Shown piece by piece: positions 38,581 to 50,984 of a stretch of 64,000 nucleotides of DNA. Within the stretch, counting starts at the first letter, position 1; every line of letters begins with the position of its first letter. Source of the stretch: Octopus vulgaris (lineage: Eukaryota); the NCBI GenBank assembly GCA_951406725.2, contig OX597828.1, positions 60,078,001-60,142,000 on the forward strand. Direction: 5' to 3'. The notes beneath the pieces were generated by a model. That model was given only the letters and a program-made list of their open reading frames with translations, was not told the DNA's origin and did not search any database. The position numbers and the translations under genes are program-made.

Positions 38581-41500
38581 TGTGTTGGCTGAATGCTGTT
38601 TTTCTGTTTTGGGGAATGTTTATCTGGAATCTGTGCAGAGCCATCCTTTGACGTAGACTGTTTTTTATTTGGCCTATGTATTGTTCTTGGCACTCAGAGC
38701 AGGTTAGTGCATATATCAGGTTCTCCGAAGTACATGTGAAGCTGCTTTTCACTGTGAAAGCTGTCCCTGTTTGAAAGAGAACTCAAATCCCTCAATTAAA
38801 TTGACCCAAATCCCAAAGTTGGGTCTATCGCATTTTTTTACTGACAACATCAGTGTTGTTGTTGAGCTTATTCAGGCTTGGGTTAGGAGACTTTTCATAG
38901 ATTTGGGCTGTCTTTTGCTCTTTATGATGGTGAGCGTTTGGAGGATTGAGTTCATTCTGTGGTCCCTTTTTAGCTGGGGAATGCTTTGGAGGATGGTGTC
39001 GAAGGCTTCATTGTTAAGAGGGTTGTGTGTGGAGAGGTATAGTAGAGCTTTTGATTGTAAATCCTTCTTTAATTTGGGATGTCTGTTGATGGTTATATTC
39101 CATCATGAATTGAATGTTTATGTCAAGTCCATTTGTAAGTGCTTGAAATTCTTTAAGTCTCTCTATACTTTCATGCCAAAGAGTGAAACAGTCATCCTGG
39201 TATCTCTTCCAGTTATCAGTTATTTTCTGTGTAGAGGGAGTATGGGCTGCTGTATTTTTCTAAAACCTTACGATAAAGTCTAATTTCTAGATATCCCATG
39301 ACTAGGTTAGCAAAGGAGGGGGCCATTCTCGTACCCATCACCATCCCTGATTTTCATCAGTAGAAGTTGTCTATGAAGACGAAATAGTTATTCTCCAAGA
39401 TGAATTTTAGCTCTTCTATTATGAATTCTTTGTTGATGTGATGTAGGAGTTCATTGGTGTAATTCTCTTGCCAGAATAGAATAGCCTCTATTCCTCGGCT
39501 ATGGAGGATATTAGAATAGAGGTTAACTACATCGAAGGATACTAGTAGGGTCTTTTTGTTTATTGTTTTAGGGAGGTGCTGAGCATATCCAGGTCGTCCC
39601 TTATGTAGCTTTTGATACGCTTGAGGAATGGTTTTAAGAGGATATCTAAAAAGTTACTGAGGCGGTGGGTTTCGCATGCGTGACCTGCTATTATAGGTCT
39701 TAATTTGAGGTCATTAGGAGTAGGGACCTTGATTGTTATGTCTGGCTATCCTGCATGCATTACTTATTTTCTTACTTTTGCGTATCTTAGGAATACCATA
39801 GAATTGAGTGGATTTACTTTTGAAATTGGTCATATAATCGTATTCCTTGTCGGCGAGTCCTTCTCTGTATAGGTTTAACATGGATTTTAGGTTTCCCATA
39901 AGTTTCTGCTGACTGTAGTGTTGGACCTTTTCATAATATGTCGTGTCTTCCAATATGGATCGTACTAGAGTTATATAGTATACCGGGTCCATTAAGACAA
40001 CTGAACTCCGTTTATGAGCTTCTTTGATTGTTATTGTTTTATCATCTTTTAATTTGTTCAGCTCAGCCCATTCTTTTTTGCTGAAGTTTAGCTTGTGTTT
40101 TTGTTAGTGCATATTTTAATATAGGTAATTCAACATGTGTTCACAGAAATGATCAAGGGTTTTGTTCTTACCTTTTGAAGGGGTGTAGTAACTTCAATTT
40201 TGGACCAATGATTCATCCTAATATTTGTTGTATAGCTCCTCAGCGAGTCGTAATTTTCTACAGAATTCCATGATGTCTTCTTTAATTTCGTTGTAGTTGA
40301 GCATTATGGGGTGGGTGTAAACTTGAGCCCTTTGGAGAGCATATTGATTTGGTTTGCTGTTAGTTATTTGTGAGTTAGATTGATACTTTTTACCATTTTT
40401 GGTTCCTCCTGTCTGTTTGGTGATATCTCATGTCTCTGTGTTTGCGTATTAGGTCTAAAAAATGATTGCAGTGGTTGGGATGATATCTATTATGTAGTTG
40501 TTCCTCATTGTTGCGGGGTGCTGTGTTGTGATTTATGGTGCGTGTTCTTGGAATGGTATTGAAAAGTGTGTCCCGATATCCCATGTTTGGATGTGGTGTT
40601 TTAGGGGGCCGTCGTTGGTAATTATTGAATGTGGTACGGGTTTGTTGTGCATGGTTGTTTAGGAGATATTTGGCACGAAAATTTCGTTGGTAACTCTTTA
40701 TGGGGGGTAGGAGGTTGCAATGTCTATCCTGCGGGTAGTGATTTCTCCTTTCTCTGTTTCAAGTTGGGGTACTCCGGAGCAATACATAGGCTAAACAAAA
40801 AACAGTCTACGTCAAAGGATGGCTCTGCACAAATCGCAGATCAAAATTCCAAAAAAATGCAAAACAGCATTCAGCCAACACATTGACATTTGTGCCAATA
40901 ACAAAAATCCAAGCTTCAGAATTTTTCCCCTCTACCAATTCAAGGATGATACAACCTGCAGCCAACGAATTAGTTAAGAGACTCTCTTTATTAGAAAATA
41001 CAGACCCCTTTTGAATGCATCTACAACAAACGACATATCCACCATGGCCTTAGAATAACACACACACAAATATTAAAAATGATACATTCAAAAGATACCC
41101 AAGAATTATTTAAAAACAGTCCCAATCGCTGCTATAATCTACAACGATTCACTTTAGGTCACTTGACCATTTAACATCCTACTACTATCATACCATACCT
41201 TATTACTCCCTCTTCTCTTTCTCTTTCATCTTTGTCTTCTTCCCCTCTGCCACCTCCTTCCATACTTTACTACTACTGCTGTTTAGAATAACACCTACAC
41301 ACATAAACAATACATTCAAAAGAGATATCTCAAGAATTCACTCACTACTACCATCCACAACAAGTTACTTTCAGGGCACTTGGACATTTAACATCCTACT
41401 ACTATCATTGCATTCCCACATTTTTCTTCTTCTTCTCCTCCTCCTCCTTCGCCAAGAATTCACGACCTCAAACCCACAAGAGAGACAGACAGGCAGAAAC

Positions 41501-41595
41501 AAGGAAAATGTCCCTTGTATTTGAATACTATGCAAATATTCTTTTAAAAAACTTTTCATTTAATTTTTCCAAAATTTAATTGTTTTCCATACTTA

Positions 41596-41631
41596 CAGTT
41601 GAAAAAGTTTCAATGATCGAAACCGGTACTG
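41596..41631 (+). ncRNA. Hammerhead variant with U3-A8 core (pLTR copy 2)
   Basis: CAG-TTGAAAA-AGTTTCAATGATC-GAAA-CCGGTA-CTG; stem II mutated. Confidence 0.55.
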
Positions 41632-41989
41632 AAATGTTTTTCTTACAACATATATTTCAAAGAAAATATTGGCATTATTGCAGAAGGAATAAAATGTTGT
41701 AAAAGAATGTGATGTTCTCATGAGGAAAAAAAAGAGAAACAAAACGCATCAATAAACCAGTATAACTCCTATTATAGACAATACTCCCTCTCTCTCTCTT
41801 TCCTTCTCTCTCTCTCTTTCTCTCTCTCCCTCTCACTTTCTCTCTGTTCCTGTCTTCTCTCAGCCTCTCAATATCTCTAAATATATGGACACACACTCTC
41901 TTTCTCTGTTTCTTCACTACCCTCCATCACACAGTTGATTATAAAAAATAAAGAAAAACGAAAGAAACAAACAAAAAACCATAAATATG

Positions 41990-44900
41990 TCCAGAAACTG
42001 AAGGAGCATGGAATTAGCATCGTTTTTGAGAGCCTGGGATAACCCAAACAATATCATCACAGCTGTGCTGGAGAGCAATGGCTACTCGCAAACTTTAGCA
42101 CAGATAGAACAAAAAAGAACAGGAGTTTACATACCCCTATGCTCTCATACATTCCCACATCAGCACTCTCTGTGCCATCTTTGATGATGAACACAGCAAA
42201 GATGACAAGGATGGAGGCACGGATGTAGATGAAAGATGTTCCCCCCACTTGGTAGACACTGAAGAAAACAAAGAAGAAGGTTTAAGTGAGAAACCTGCCA
42301 GGAAAGCAAACCCATAGAAGTGCCCCTCCCACCATCAGAAATACGATGGAGGTGAAAAAGCCAAGAAAGAACAACCGAAAGGAGCAAAAACAAGAGATGA
42401 AGCAGCTGAAGAAAGAAGCAAATCTGACTGCCCATACAGCAAAAAGGATAAAAAGAGACAGCACACACGAATGTGCAAATTCAACTTGAAAGGTGTCTGC
42501 TGGCATGGAGAGGGAGGTGCAAGCTGCTGTTTTGCACACTAAAGACCCTGCCACATAAACATGAAACAGGCCGGAAACCACCTGCCAAAAGGAAAGAACT
42601 GTGCACCACCTGCCCCAAAACGGAGGTACGCAGATGTAGTGCGTGTTACAAACCAGTCCTATCAACATGTTGTTGAAAGGGTTGCTGCTGAACAACAATA
42701 TTTTTGTGCATAACACAAAAGATTGTACAGCAGCTGACCTGGCTACATCAATCTCACAGGTGGGACTATCCCCAATACACAAGACCACCACAGCAAATAG
42801 ACCCAAGGTGGGCACCTATGGCAACAACACTGACATCACATCGGTGCTCTTACTGAACATCAGAGGACTGTTAACACTTAGTAACAGGACAAAAATTCCT
42901 TTCCTGGGAGACCTTGTTACATGCAATCAATGCTTGTGCATAGCACTTATGTAAACACACTTGAAACCAGCAAATGCAGAAATACACATAGCACAGTATG
43001 TTGTATTACAGACCGACAGGAAAGAAAGGAGTTGTGGTGGAGTTGCTATGTACATCCGTGAAGACCTCACACCCCAGGTCCTTTTGTCACACTCAAATTC
43101 AGTATGTGACACACTAATTGTACATATAAGATAGATCGATGTAGTTATATGTGACTGCCTTACAAAAATAGAAGTTCTAGTTACATTACAACAACACATA
43201 AGTGTACTTCTAATGGGAGACTTCAATCTGCCCAATGTCAGATGGCCTGAGAGCCTTTCTCTCCCAGGTATGGCGCGATGCGAACAGGGACAAGTGAAGT
43301 CTCTCCTGAACCTCATCAACACTTTTAGTCTTGTGTATTGGAGATAGTCCCATCTGTGAGATTGATGTAGTCATGTCAGCTGCTGTACAATCTTTTGTGT
43401 CATGCACGAAAAAGATTGTTGTTCTGCAGCTGTCCTTTGAACTCCAACCAACCAGGGCAGATAACCTACAGGATCTCTGCTTCACAAATAATATGGATCT
43501 CAGCCAGAATGTGAAAGTGACACCGATGCTACTCTTGGATCACTACATGGTAGAGCTGACCATATACGGACCAAAGGAAAGCATGGACATGCAGCCTACA
43601 AGAAACTCTCAGAATCTTTCCAGCTTGAATTTCCATTAGGCAAACTGGAAACATTGAGAAAGAGATCCTCAAACAAAACTGGCCTGAATGTCTCTCCTCA
43701 CCGGACATCGACATGAAACTTCAACAATACATGTCTGTACTGCAAGCCATATGCTACAAATGTGTCCCAGAGAGAAAGGCCACTGTACACAAGAACAAAA
43801 TCCCCAGGGAGAAGAAAATTCTTTTGAGACGGCGTACAAAAATTTTAATTTGCCTACACAAAGAAATTGAAAGCAGTGAAAAGTCCTGCCTGAAAATACA
43901 ACTGTTTGAGATTGAAAAAAACTGCAACTCTCTCATGAAAACGATAGAGGTGACAAAGAAGCCTGGGCTATAGATAATATAAAATCTAACTCCAGAGCTT
44001 TCTACAAGTTTGTAAAAGAAACAGCCTCAATCCACTGCAGGGCAGGGCCAATCCTCAAAAAAGTCAGTTCACTCACAGGAAACCCAATGAGGATAGGTGA
44101 AATACAAAATGAGCAAATCAAAAGTATTTTCACTCCACCCCCTAGGACACTTGCAAGTCAGCAATCCAGCTGACTCTTTTTTCCTGCTGCAGATATAAAA
44201 GCAGAGGCAGTGATGATCGATTACATCAATGTAAAGGAAGACGATGTAATAAGGGCTCTAGATGAAATGAACCCAAACTCAGCTACTGGCCTTGGTGGAT
44301 TCCCAGCAATCCTTCTAAAAGTATGTAAGCAAGACCACTGCAGTATGTAGCAAGACCACTGCAGTCCTTCTTTCAGAGCTTCCTTTATAACTGGCAAACT
44401 TCCAAGCAAGCAGAAGGAAGGTAAAATATGCCCTATTCATAAAGGAGGTAGCAGAGCAGAGGTGAAAAACTACAGACCTATCTCTCTGACCTTGCACATC
44501 AGCTAAGTTATGGAACAAATAGAAGAAAACTAATCACCTTCCTTGAGGAAAATAACTTGCTGCCTGACACCCAACATGGTTTCCGACCAGGAAGAAGCTG
44601 CCTGACTCAGCTCTTACAACACTATGACTGGGTACTGAAACAGCTGCTCAATGACTGAAATGTGGAATTCATATATCTCGACTTTGCAAAGGCCTTTGAT
44701 AAAGTCGATCATGGAATGATGTGTCACAAACTGCATGATCTTGGCATAGTTGGAAAATTGGGAGAATGGCTTCATGACTTTCTGAAGGATAGAAGTCAGG
44801 TGGTAGTAGCTAGTGGGGCCACTTCCAATGATGCACCAATAGTGAGTGGTGTTCTGCAAGGCACTGTTTTGGGACTACTACTGTTCATAATGGCCCTCAG

Positions 44901-45235
44901 ATATACCCTTATCCACACACAGACCCACAATCACAAGTTATGCAGATGATACAAAAGTCTCACAGGCGGTAGAGAACCCTGAAGACACTATGCACCTGCA
45001 ATGTGAGCTGGATGAAATATACAAGTGGACTGAAAAGAATCACATGCAGTTTAATGCTGAAGTTTCAAGCCTTATGCCATCAGCATGTCAAACTAAATTG
45101 CTATACCAATTAAATACACAGGAGCTGGAGGGATTGCAATCCCAGAGACACAGTCAGTGTGAGACCAGAGCATTTACATGAGTAATGATGGCATGTTGCT
45201 AATTTGGCAATGAAATGCAGGTGGCTGGCGGGATG
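41990..45235 (+). mobile_element. Degraded CR1-group LINE (ORF1 remnant, APE endonuclease, RT)
   Basis: LLNIRGL, MGDFNLP, NYRPISLT, QHGFRPGRSCLTQLL, YLDFAKAFDKVDH, SGVLQGTVLG; same family as 20567-22115. Confidence 0.88.
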
Positions 45236-45255
45236 GGGGTTAGCTGCTAGTATCC

Positions 45256-45291
<36 letters not shown>

Positions 45292-45824
45292 TAGAAGGTT
45301 TAGAGATGATGTACAGGTATTATATATTAGAAGAAATAAGGTACTCAGAAATCTGGATGGTTTTATATTTACAGATATGTCACATATTTTTATAAATCAT
45401 ATATTAGCGCTTGCATCCACTCTAGTGGAATCGTGAAATTGGACTTATTTAGGAATTTTGTCTCTTTTTATAGTTGAGTGTGTCGGAGTGGAGAGAGATA
45501 TAAGATAGTACAAGAGGGGAATGAGGAATGGGGAGAAAGTGAGAGAGAGTGCGTGTGCTTTTGTATCTGAAAGGAGTGTCAATGGAAAAGAGAACGAAAG
45601 GAAGAAGGAAGAGAGAAAGAAGAAAAAAATGTGTTGACATCTTTGCAGCTAGTCAGTTCTTTCAATTGGAAGTGATTCTTGGCTTTTAGAAATGGCAAGC
45701 CCGGGTGGCCACTTCAAGGGCGGGGGTAAATGTTATTTTTCTAAAAATTGTCTGGATTTTTTTTATCATTGTCTTGTGAGAGAGTGTGTGGGGAGGGGGG
45801 GTCTGTATATCAGGTTTATGCTGT

Positions 45825-48459
45825 GAGCCACTGACCAGATCTGTGGATGGTGCACAGTCTCCTCTCAACCCGAAATAATGTGGTGGTGGAACAATGTTGT
45901 TGACAAGGCTATTAGAGAAAAGAAACAGGCTTGGAAGGACTGAAAGAATGGTGGTAACAGGGAATTGTATCAGACTGCCAGAAGGGAAGCTAGGAGACAG
46001 ATTTATTTAGCCAGAAGGGAAGCAGATAAGAAAAAATTTGCCGTGAGGACCAAAGACTTTAGGTATTTCATGTTGCAAGACAGTGTGTGAGAGAGAATCG
46101 TGATGTTGTAGGAGAGAAATGTGTCTGCATGGATGATGGTTCTCTTGCACTAAGTGTGGCTGCAAAGAGAGAGGTTTGGAGATGCCACTATGAAAGGTTG
46201 CTCAATAAAGAAAATGAATGAGAGAAAGAGAGTCTGCCGAATGTCGACCCAACAGAGGGACCAGCTATCCGAGTTGACAGTACCTTGGTAGATAAAGCAA
46301 TTAAAGGTATGAAGACAGGGAAAGCCCCAGGCCCATCAGGAATCGCTGCAGAGATGCTCAAAATATCTGGTAGTATCGGCTATTGCCTAGTCACCCATAT
46401 AGTTAACCAGGTGATACATGAAAGAGTCATACCCAATGACTGGTGTAGCAACACCATAGTCAACTGCTACAAAGGTAAAGGTGATTATTTGGATACAAAT
46501 AATTACAGAGGTATCGAGTTGTTGGATCAGGTAGTGAAGGTCACAGAGAGGGTCATAGCCCAACTAATTAGGGAGAGAGTCAGTTTAGATGAGATGCAGT
46601 TTGGGTTTGTGCCAGGGTAAAAAGCACCACTGATGCTATATTTCTGATAAGACAGCTGCAGGAGAAATACCTAGCCAAAGATAAACCCCTGTACCTGGCT
46701 TTCATTGACATGGAGAAAGCCTTTGACAGGGTCCCCGATCCCTTATCTGATGGTTAAATAAGGAAACTAGGGATAGATGAATGGTTAGTGAGAGCTGTGT
46801 GAGCCATGTACAGGGACACTGTCAGTAAGGTGAGGGTTGGCAAGGAGTACAGTGAAGAATTCTGGGTAGAGGTAGGGGTCCACGAAGGTTCAGTCCTCAG
46901 CCCCCTCCTATTTATCATAATCCTCCAGGCAATAACGGAGGAATTCAAGACAGGATGCCCCTGGGAGCTGCTCTATGCTGACGACCATGCTCTAATTGCT
47001 GAGTCACTATCAGAACTGGAGGAGAAGTTTCAGATGTGGAAACAAGGATTAGAATCGAAGGGCCTTAGAGTCAACCTAGCCAAAACCAAAGTCTTAATAA
47101 GTAGGAAGGCAGGTAAACCTCAAATCCCTTCAGGTAGTTGGCCCTGCTTGATCTGTAGAAAAGGAGTAGGTAGATGTACCCACTGTAAGCTATGGACACA
47201 TAAGAGGTGCAGCAATATCAAAGGAAGGCTAACTGGGAAGATAGTTTTGTATGTGGCAGATGCTCAGGAGCAATAAACACATTGCAGGGAGAAAAACTAG
47301 AAGTAGTCGACAGCTTCCGTTACCTAGGTGACCAAGTCAGTAGCAGAGGAGGGTGTGCTAAAAGTGTAACAGCTAGAGTAAGAATAGCCTGGACAAAGTT
47401 CAGAGAGCTCCTACCTCTGCTGGTGACAAAGGGCCTCTCACTCAGAGTAAAAGGTAGATTGTATGACCCATGTGTTCAAACAGCCATGCTACATGGCAGT
47501 GAAACCTGGACAGTGACTGCTGAGGATATGCGTAAGCTCGCAAGGATTGAAGCCAGTATGATCTGATGGATGTGTAATGTCAGTGTGCATACTTGACAGA
47601 GTGTTAGTACCTTGAGAGAAAAGTTGGACCTAAGAAGCATCAGATGTGGTGTGCAAGAGAGACATCTGCACTGGTAAGGTCATGTGGTGAGAATGGATGT
47701 GGATAGCTGGGTGAAAAAGTGCCACACCCTAGCGGTTGAGGGAACTTGTAGAAGAGGTAGACCTGGGATAAAATGGTGAAGCATGACCTTCAAACATTGG
47801 GCCTCACCAAGGCAATGACTAGTGACCGTGACCTTTGGAAATATGCTGTGCTTGAGAAGACTCGGCAAGCCAAGTGAGTCCATAACCTTATGGCCTATGC
47901 CATGGGTGTAACCAGCCCACTTATGCATACCTTTCCTTCTTTGGACACTAAACTCTGCTTGCGAAGACCTGTTGAGACAAGTGAAATCGAAATCAAATTT
48001 GATGACTGGCATCCATGCTAGTGGAGCGCTTAGAGTACCATACGAGCATGATCGTTGCCAGAGCTAGAAACTGCCTTCCATGCTGGTGGCACGTAAAAAG
48101 CACCATTCGAGCACGATTGTTACCCGCATCGCTTTACTGGCACTTGTGCTGGTGGCATGTGAAAAAACATTAGAGTGAGGTTGTTGCCAGTGCCACTGCA
48201 CTGGCTCCTGTGCAGGTGACACATGAAAGGCACCATTTGAACATGGCCATTGCCAGTATCGCCTGACTGGCCCTCTTATCAGTGGCATATAAAAGCACCC
48301 ACTACACTCGAAGTGGTTGGCATTAGGAAGGGCATCCAGCTGTAGAAAGTCTGCCAGATCAGATTGGAGCCTGGTGCAGCCATCTGGTTGGCCAGATCTC
48401 AGTCAAATCATCTGGAAAGCATGGAAAGCAGATGTTAAACGATGATGATGATGATGATA
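45825..48459 (+). mobile_element. 5'-truncated RTE LINE with (GAT)n tail
   Basis: ORFs 46285-46620, 46806-47276 and 47207-47566 are collinear with 17550-19144. Confidence 0.93.
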
Positions 48460-48489
48460 TCCATATATATATATATATATATAAAATAA

Positions 48490-49418
48490 AGGATGATCAG
48501 TTAGTTGTCATAATAATACTGTTTCAGATGCCGGGGCTAAAAGACATCCTCATCAGTTATTTAAAAAAAAACGCTTTGAAAAAAATTTGAATAGCAGGAA
48601 AAAGGAAATAAAAATACAACCACATAAAGATAGAAATCTTCGTTCATAAAATCTACATATGCACACACATACACATGCACTCACGCACATATATGTACCC
48701 ATGCATGCATTATTATGCTCATATACTGATCTCTACATGCACACACATATACATATATATGCATAGAAACACATATACACATAAATATGAAAATACATAC
48801 ACCATACATATATAAGTATTTATAACTTCATATTCACAAAGCAAAAAGTTTACGTTTATCTTAGAACTTATATATATAAAAATACTCATTTATGAAACCA
48901 CCATAGATTCTATGACCACTAAAGACACAGTTTCGTCAAAGAAATATGTGGGTCTCACAGATGGAAATTTTAAAGCCAGGTTCAATAATCACACCTTAAG
49001 CTTCAGACACTGGGATAAAAGAAAAACAACAAAATTATCCAGTTATATATGGTCCTTAAAAGAACAAGGTGTCAGCTATAAGATTCACTGGAAGATCTTC
49101 ACTAAATGTAAACCTTACATCAACGGCAGTGGAAAGTGCGATCTTTGCAATATGGAAAGATGGCTCATCTGGAAAAGATCTTTAGACCCTGCTACATGTC
49201 TAAATTCAAGAACTGAACTTTTTGGATTATGTCCAAATATGACAAAATACTTGTTATGCTTTTGGGCCCATCAAGATCACAGATAGAACCTGCTTTTTAT
49301 ATTGTGTCCATGTACAGGCCTTTTATGTGGCTTAGCATTTCTTATATAGTTTTATATGTATTTGTATGTATAAGCATATATCAGATGTGTATATGCGTGA
49401 TTGTGTATATATGTACAA

Positions 49419-49455
<37 letters not shown>

Positions 49456-49990
49456 TGTAAGACTATAGCCGTTTGCTGAAGAGTGATTGTCATGCACATG
49501 TCTATATGAGTATTTTTATTTATATAAGTTCTAAGATAAATGTAAACTTTTTGCTTTGTGAATATGAAGTTATAATTACTTATATATGTACATGTGTATG
49601 TATTATCATATTTATATGTATGTGTTTCTATTCATTTATATGCATGTATATGTGTATATGTGTACATGTAGAGACCAGTATATGAGCATAATAATGCATG
49701 CACGGGTACATATACGTGTGTGTGCGTGTATGCATGTGTATGTGTGTGCATGTATATATATATGTATATAAATATATATATATATATATTTGTATATGTA
49801 TGTATATATATACATGTGTACATATGTAGATTTTATGAACAAAGAGTTCTATCTTTACATGGTTGTATTTTTATAATATCTTTTATCTTCTACTTGTATT
49901 TCCTTTTCCACACCTATTAAAGTAACTTCCTTTTATTCAACTGTTTTTTTTAATGTAACTAATGTACCAAAATTTTAATCTTCTATTAAA
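48490..49990 (+). mobile_element. Truncated Penelope-like element: GIY-YIG fragment flanked by an inverted pLTR
   Basis: ORF 48912-49286 KYVGLTDGNFKARFNNHTLSF..CDLCNME..LNSRTEL; ~48590-48890 is the reverse complement of ~49505-49945. Confidence 0.88.
48513..48560 (-). ncRNA. Canonical-core minimal hammerhead motif
   Basis: Reverse complement ATAA-CTGATGA-GGATG..CATCT-GAAA-CAGTA-TTAT. Confidence 0.75.
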
Positions 49991-50000
49991 AATTTTATTC

Positions 50001-50035
<35 letters not shown>

Positions 50036-50037
<2 letters not shown>

Positions 50038-50422
50038 CACAGGAGTGGCTGTGCGGTAAGTAGCTTGCTTACCAATCACATGGTTCCGAGTGCATTCCCA
50101 CTGCGTGGCACCTTGGGCAAATGTCTTCTACTATAGCCTCGGGTCGACCAAAGCCTTGTGAGTGAATTTGGTAGACGGAATCTGAAAGAAGCCCGTCATA
50201 CATATGTATATGTATATATGTGTGTTTGTGTTTGTCCCCCACCCCCCAACATTGCTTGACAACCGATACTGGTGTGTTTACATCCCTATAACTTAGTGGT
50301 TCAGCAAAAGAGACCGATAGAATAAGTACTTGGCTTCCAAAGAATAAGTCCTGGGGTCAATTTGTTCAAGTAAAGGCGGTGCTCCAGCATGGGCACAGTC
50401 AAATGACTGAAACAAGTAAAGA
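50036..50422 (+). mobile_element. tRNA-derived SINE, full length
   Basis: GGCACAGGAGTGGCTGTGCGGTAAG head; tail ..AATGACTGAAACAAGTAAAGA; flanked by (TA)n. Confidence 0.85.
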
Positions 50423-50549
50423 ATATATATATATATATAGTTCAAATGTGAAAAACAAAAGACAAAGACAGACAAAGGAACAAAAAGCAAGTGTATTAGT
50501 TTGGCACTCAGGAAGAATGGAAAATTGACTACCTCTGTTTCAAATCCCA

Positions 50550-50980
50550 GCCTTAAGTTTAGGTGTGAATGCTGTCCATGCAACAGGCAGCTGTTCTTGC
50601 CGAATGAAAGTTCATTCCTGGTGTAGTTTTGCCTTTGGAGCATCGAGCAAAACATGAGAAATGTTTGCTCCAAAATGGACCAAACAGAAAAATCCAACTG
50701 TTTGAAATTTTGGCTTCTTGAGGGCCATACATCTTTGCCTATGAATGACAGAATGTTTTTCTGAATCCAGTGTTGTATCTGTTTGGAGCTGTGGGATGGT
50801 GCTGAGTCGTGTAGGGGGCTCCAAGGTGTGCCTTCAAAGTGCTCATTCACCCGTAGCAGCAGTTTAGCTTCCAGAATGTTGCTAGTGTATTGCTGGGCAC
50901 AAAAATGAGGGTAGACTTTCCAGTAGCTATCACAGCTGCTCAAGCCATAAATGACTGTGGATTTTGACATCGATTTATGA
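50550..50980 (-). mobile_element. Tc1/mariner-superfamily (maT-like) transposase fragment
   Basis: HDSAPSH..WPSRSQNFKQLDFSVWSILE resembles QDSAPSH..WPPRSPDLNPLD. Confidence 0.65.
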
Positions 50981-50984
50981 GTCT

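Larger units (their letters stand above)
37843..41642 (-). mobile_element. Penelope-like element (RT + GIY-YIG) with inverted 5' pLTR
   Basis: GIY-YIG LIYALTCSECQEQYIGQIKNSLRQRMALH (38510-38752); RT FYGIPKI, SFDVVNLYSNI, MGTRMAPSFANLVMG; 37843-37960 is an inverted repeat of 41527-41642; inverted endonuclease C-terminus at 40840-41020. Confidence 0.9.

Noticed and set aside
49476-49500. Additional hammerhead (CTGAAGAG...)
   Set aside because: No downstream GAAA or stem III; cannot be supported
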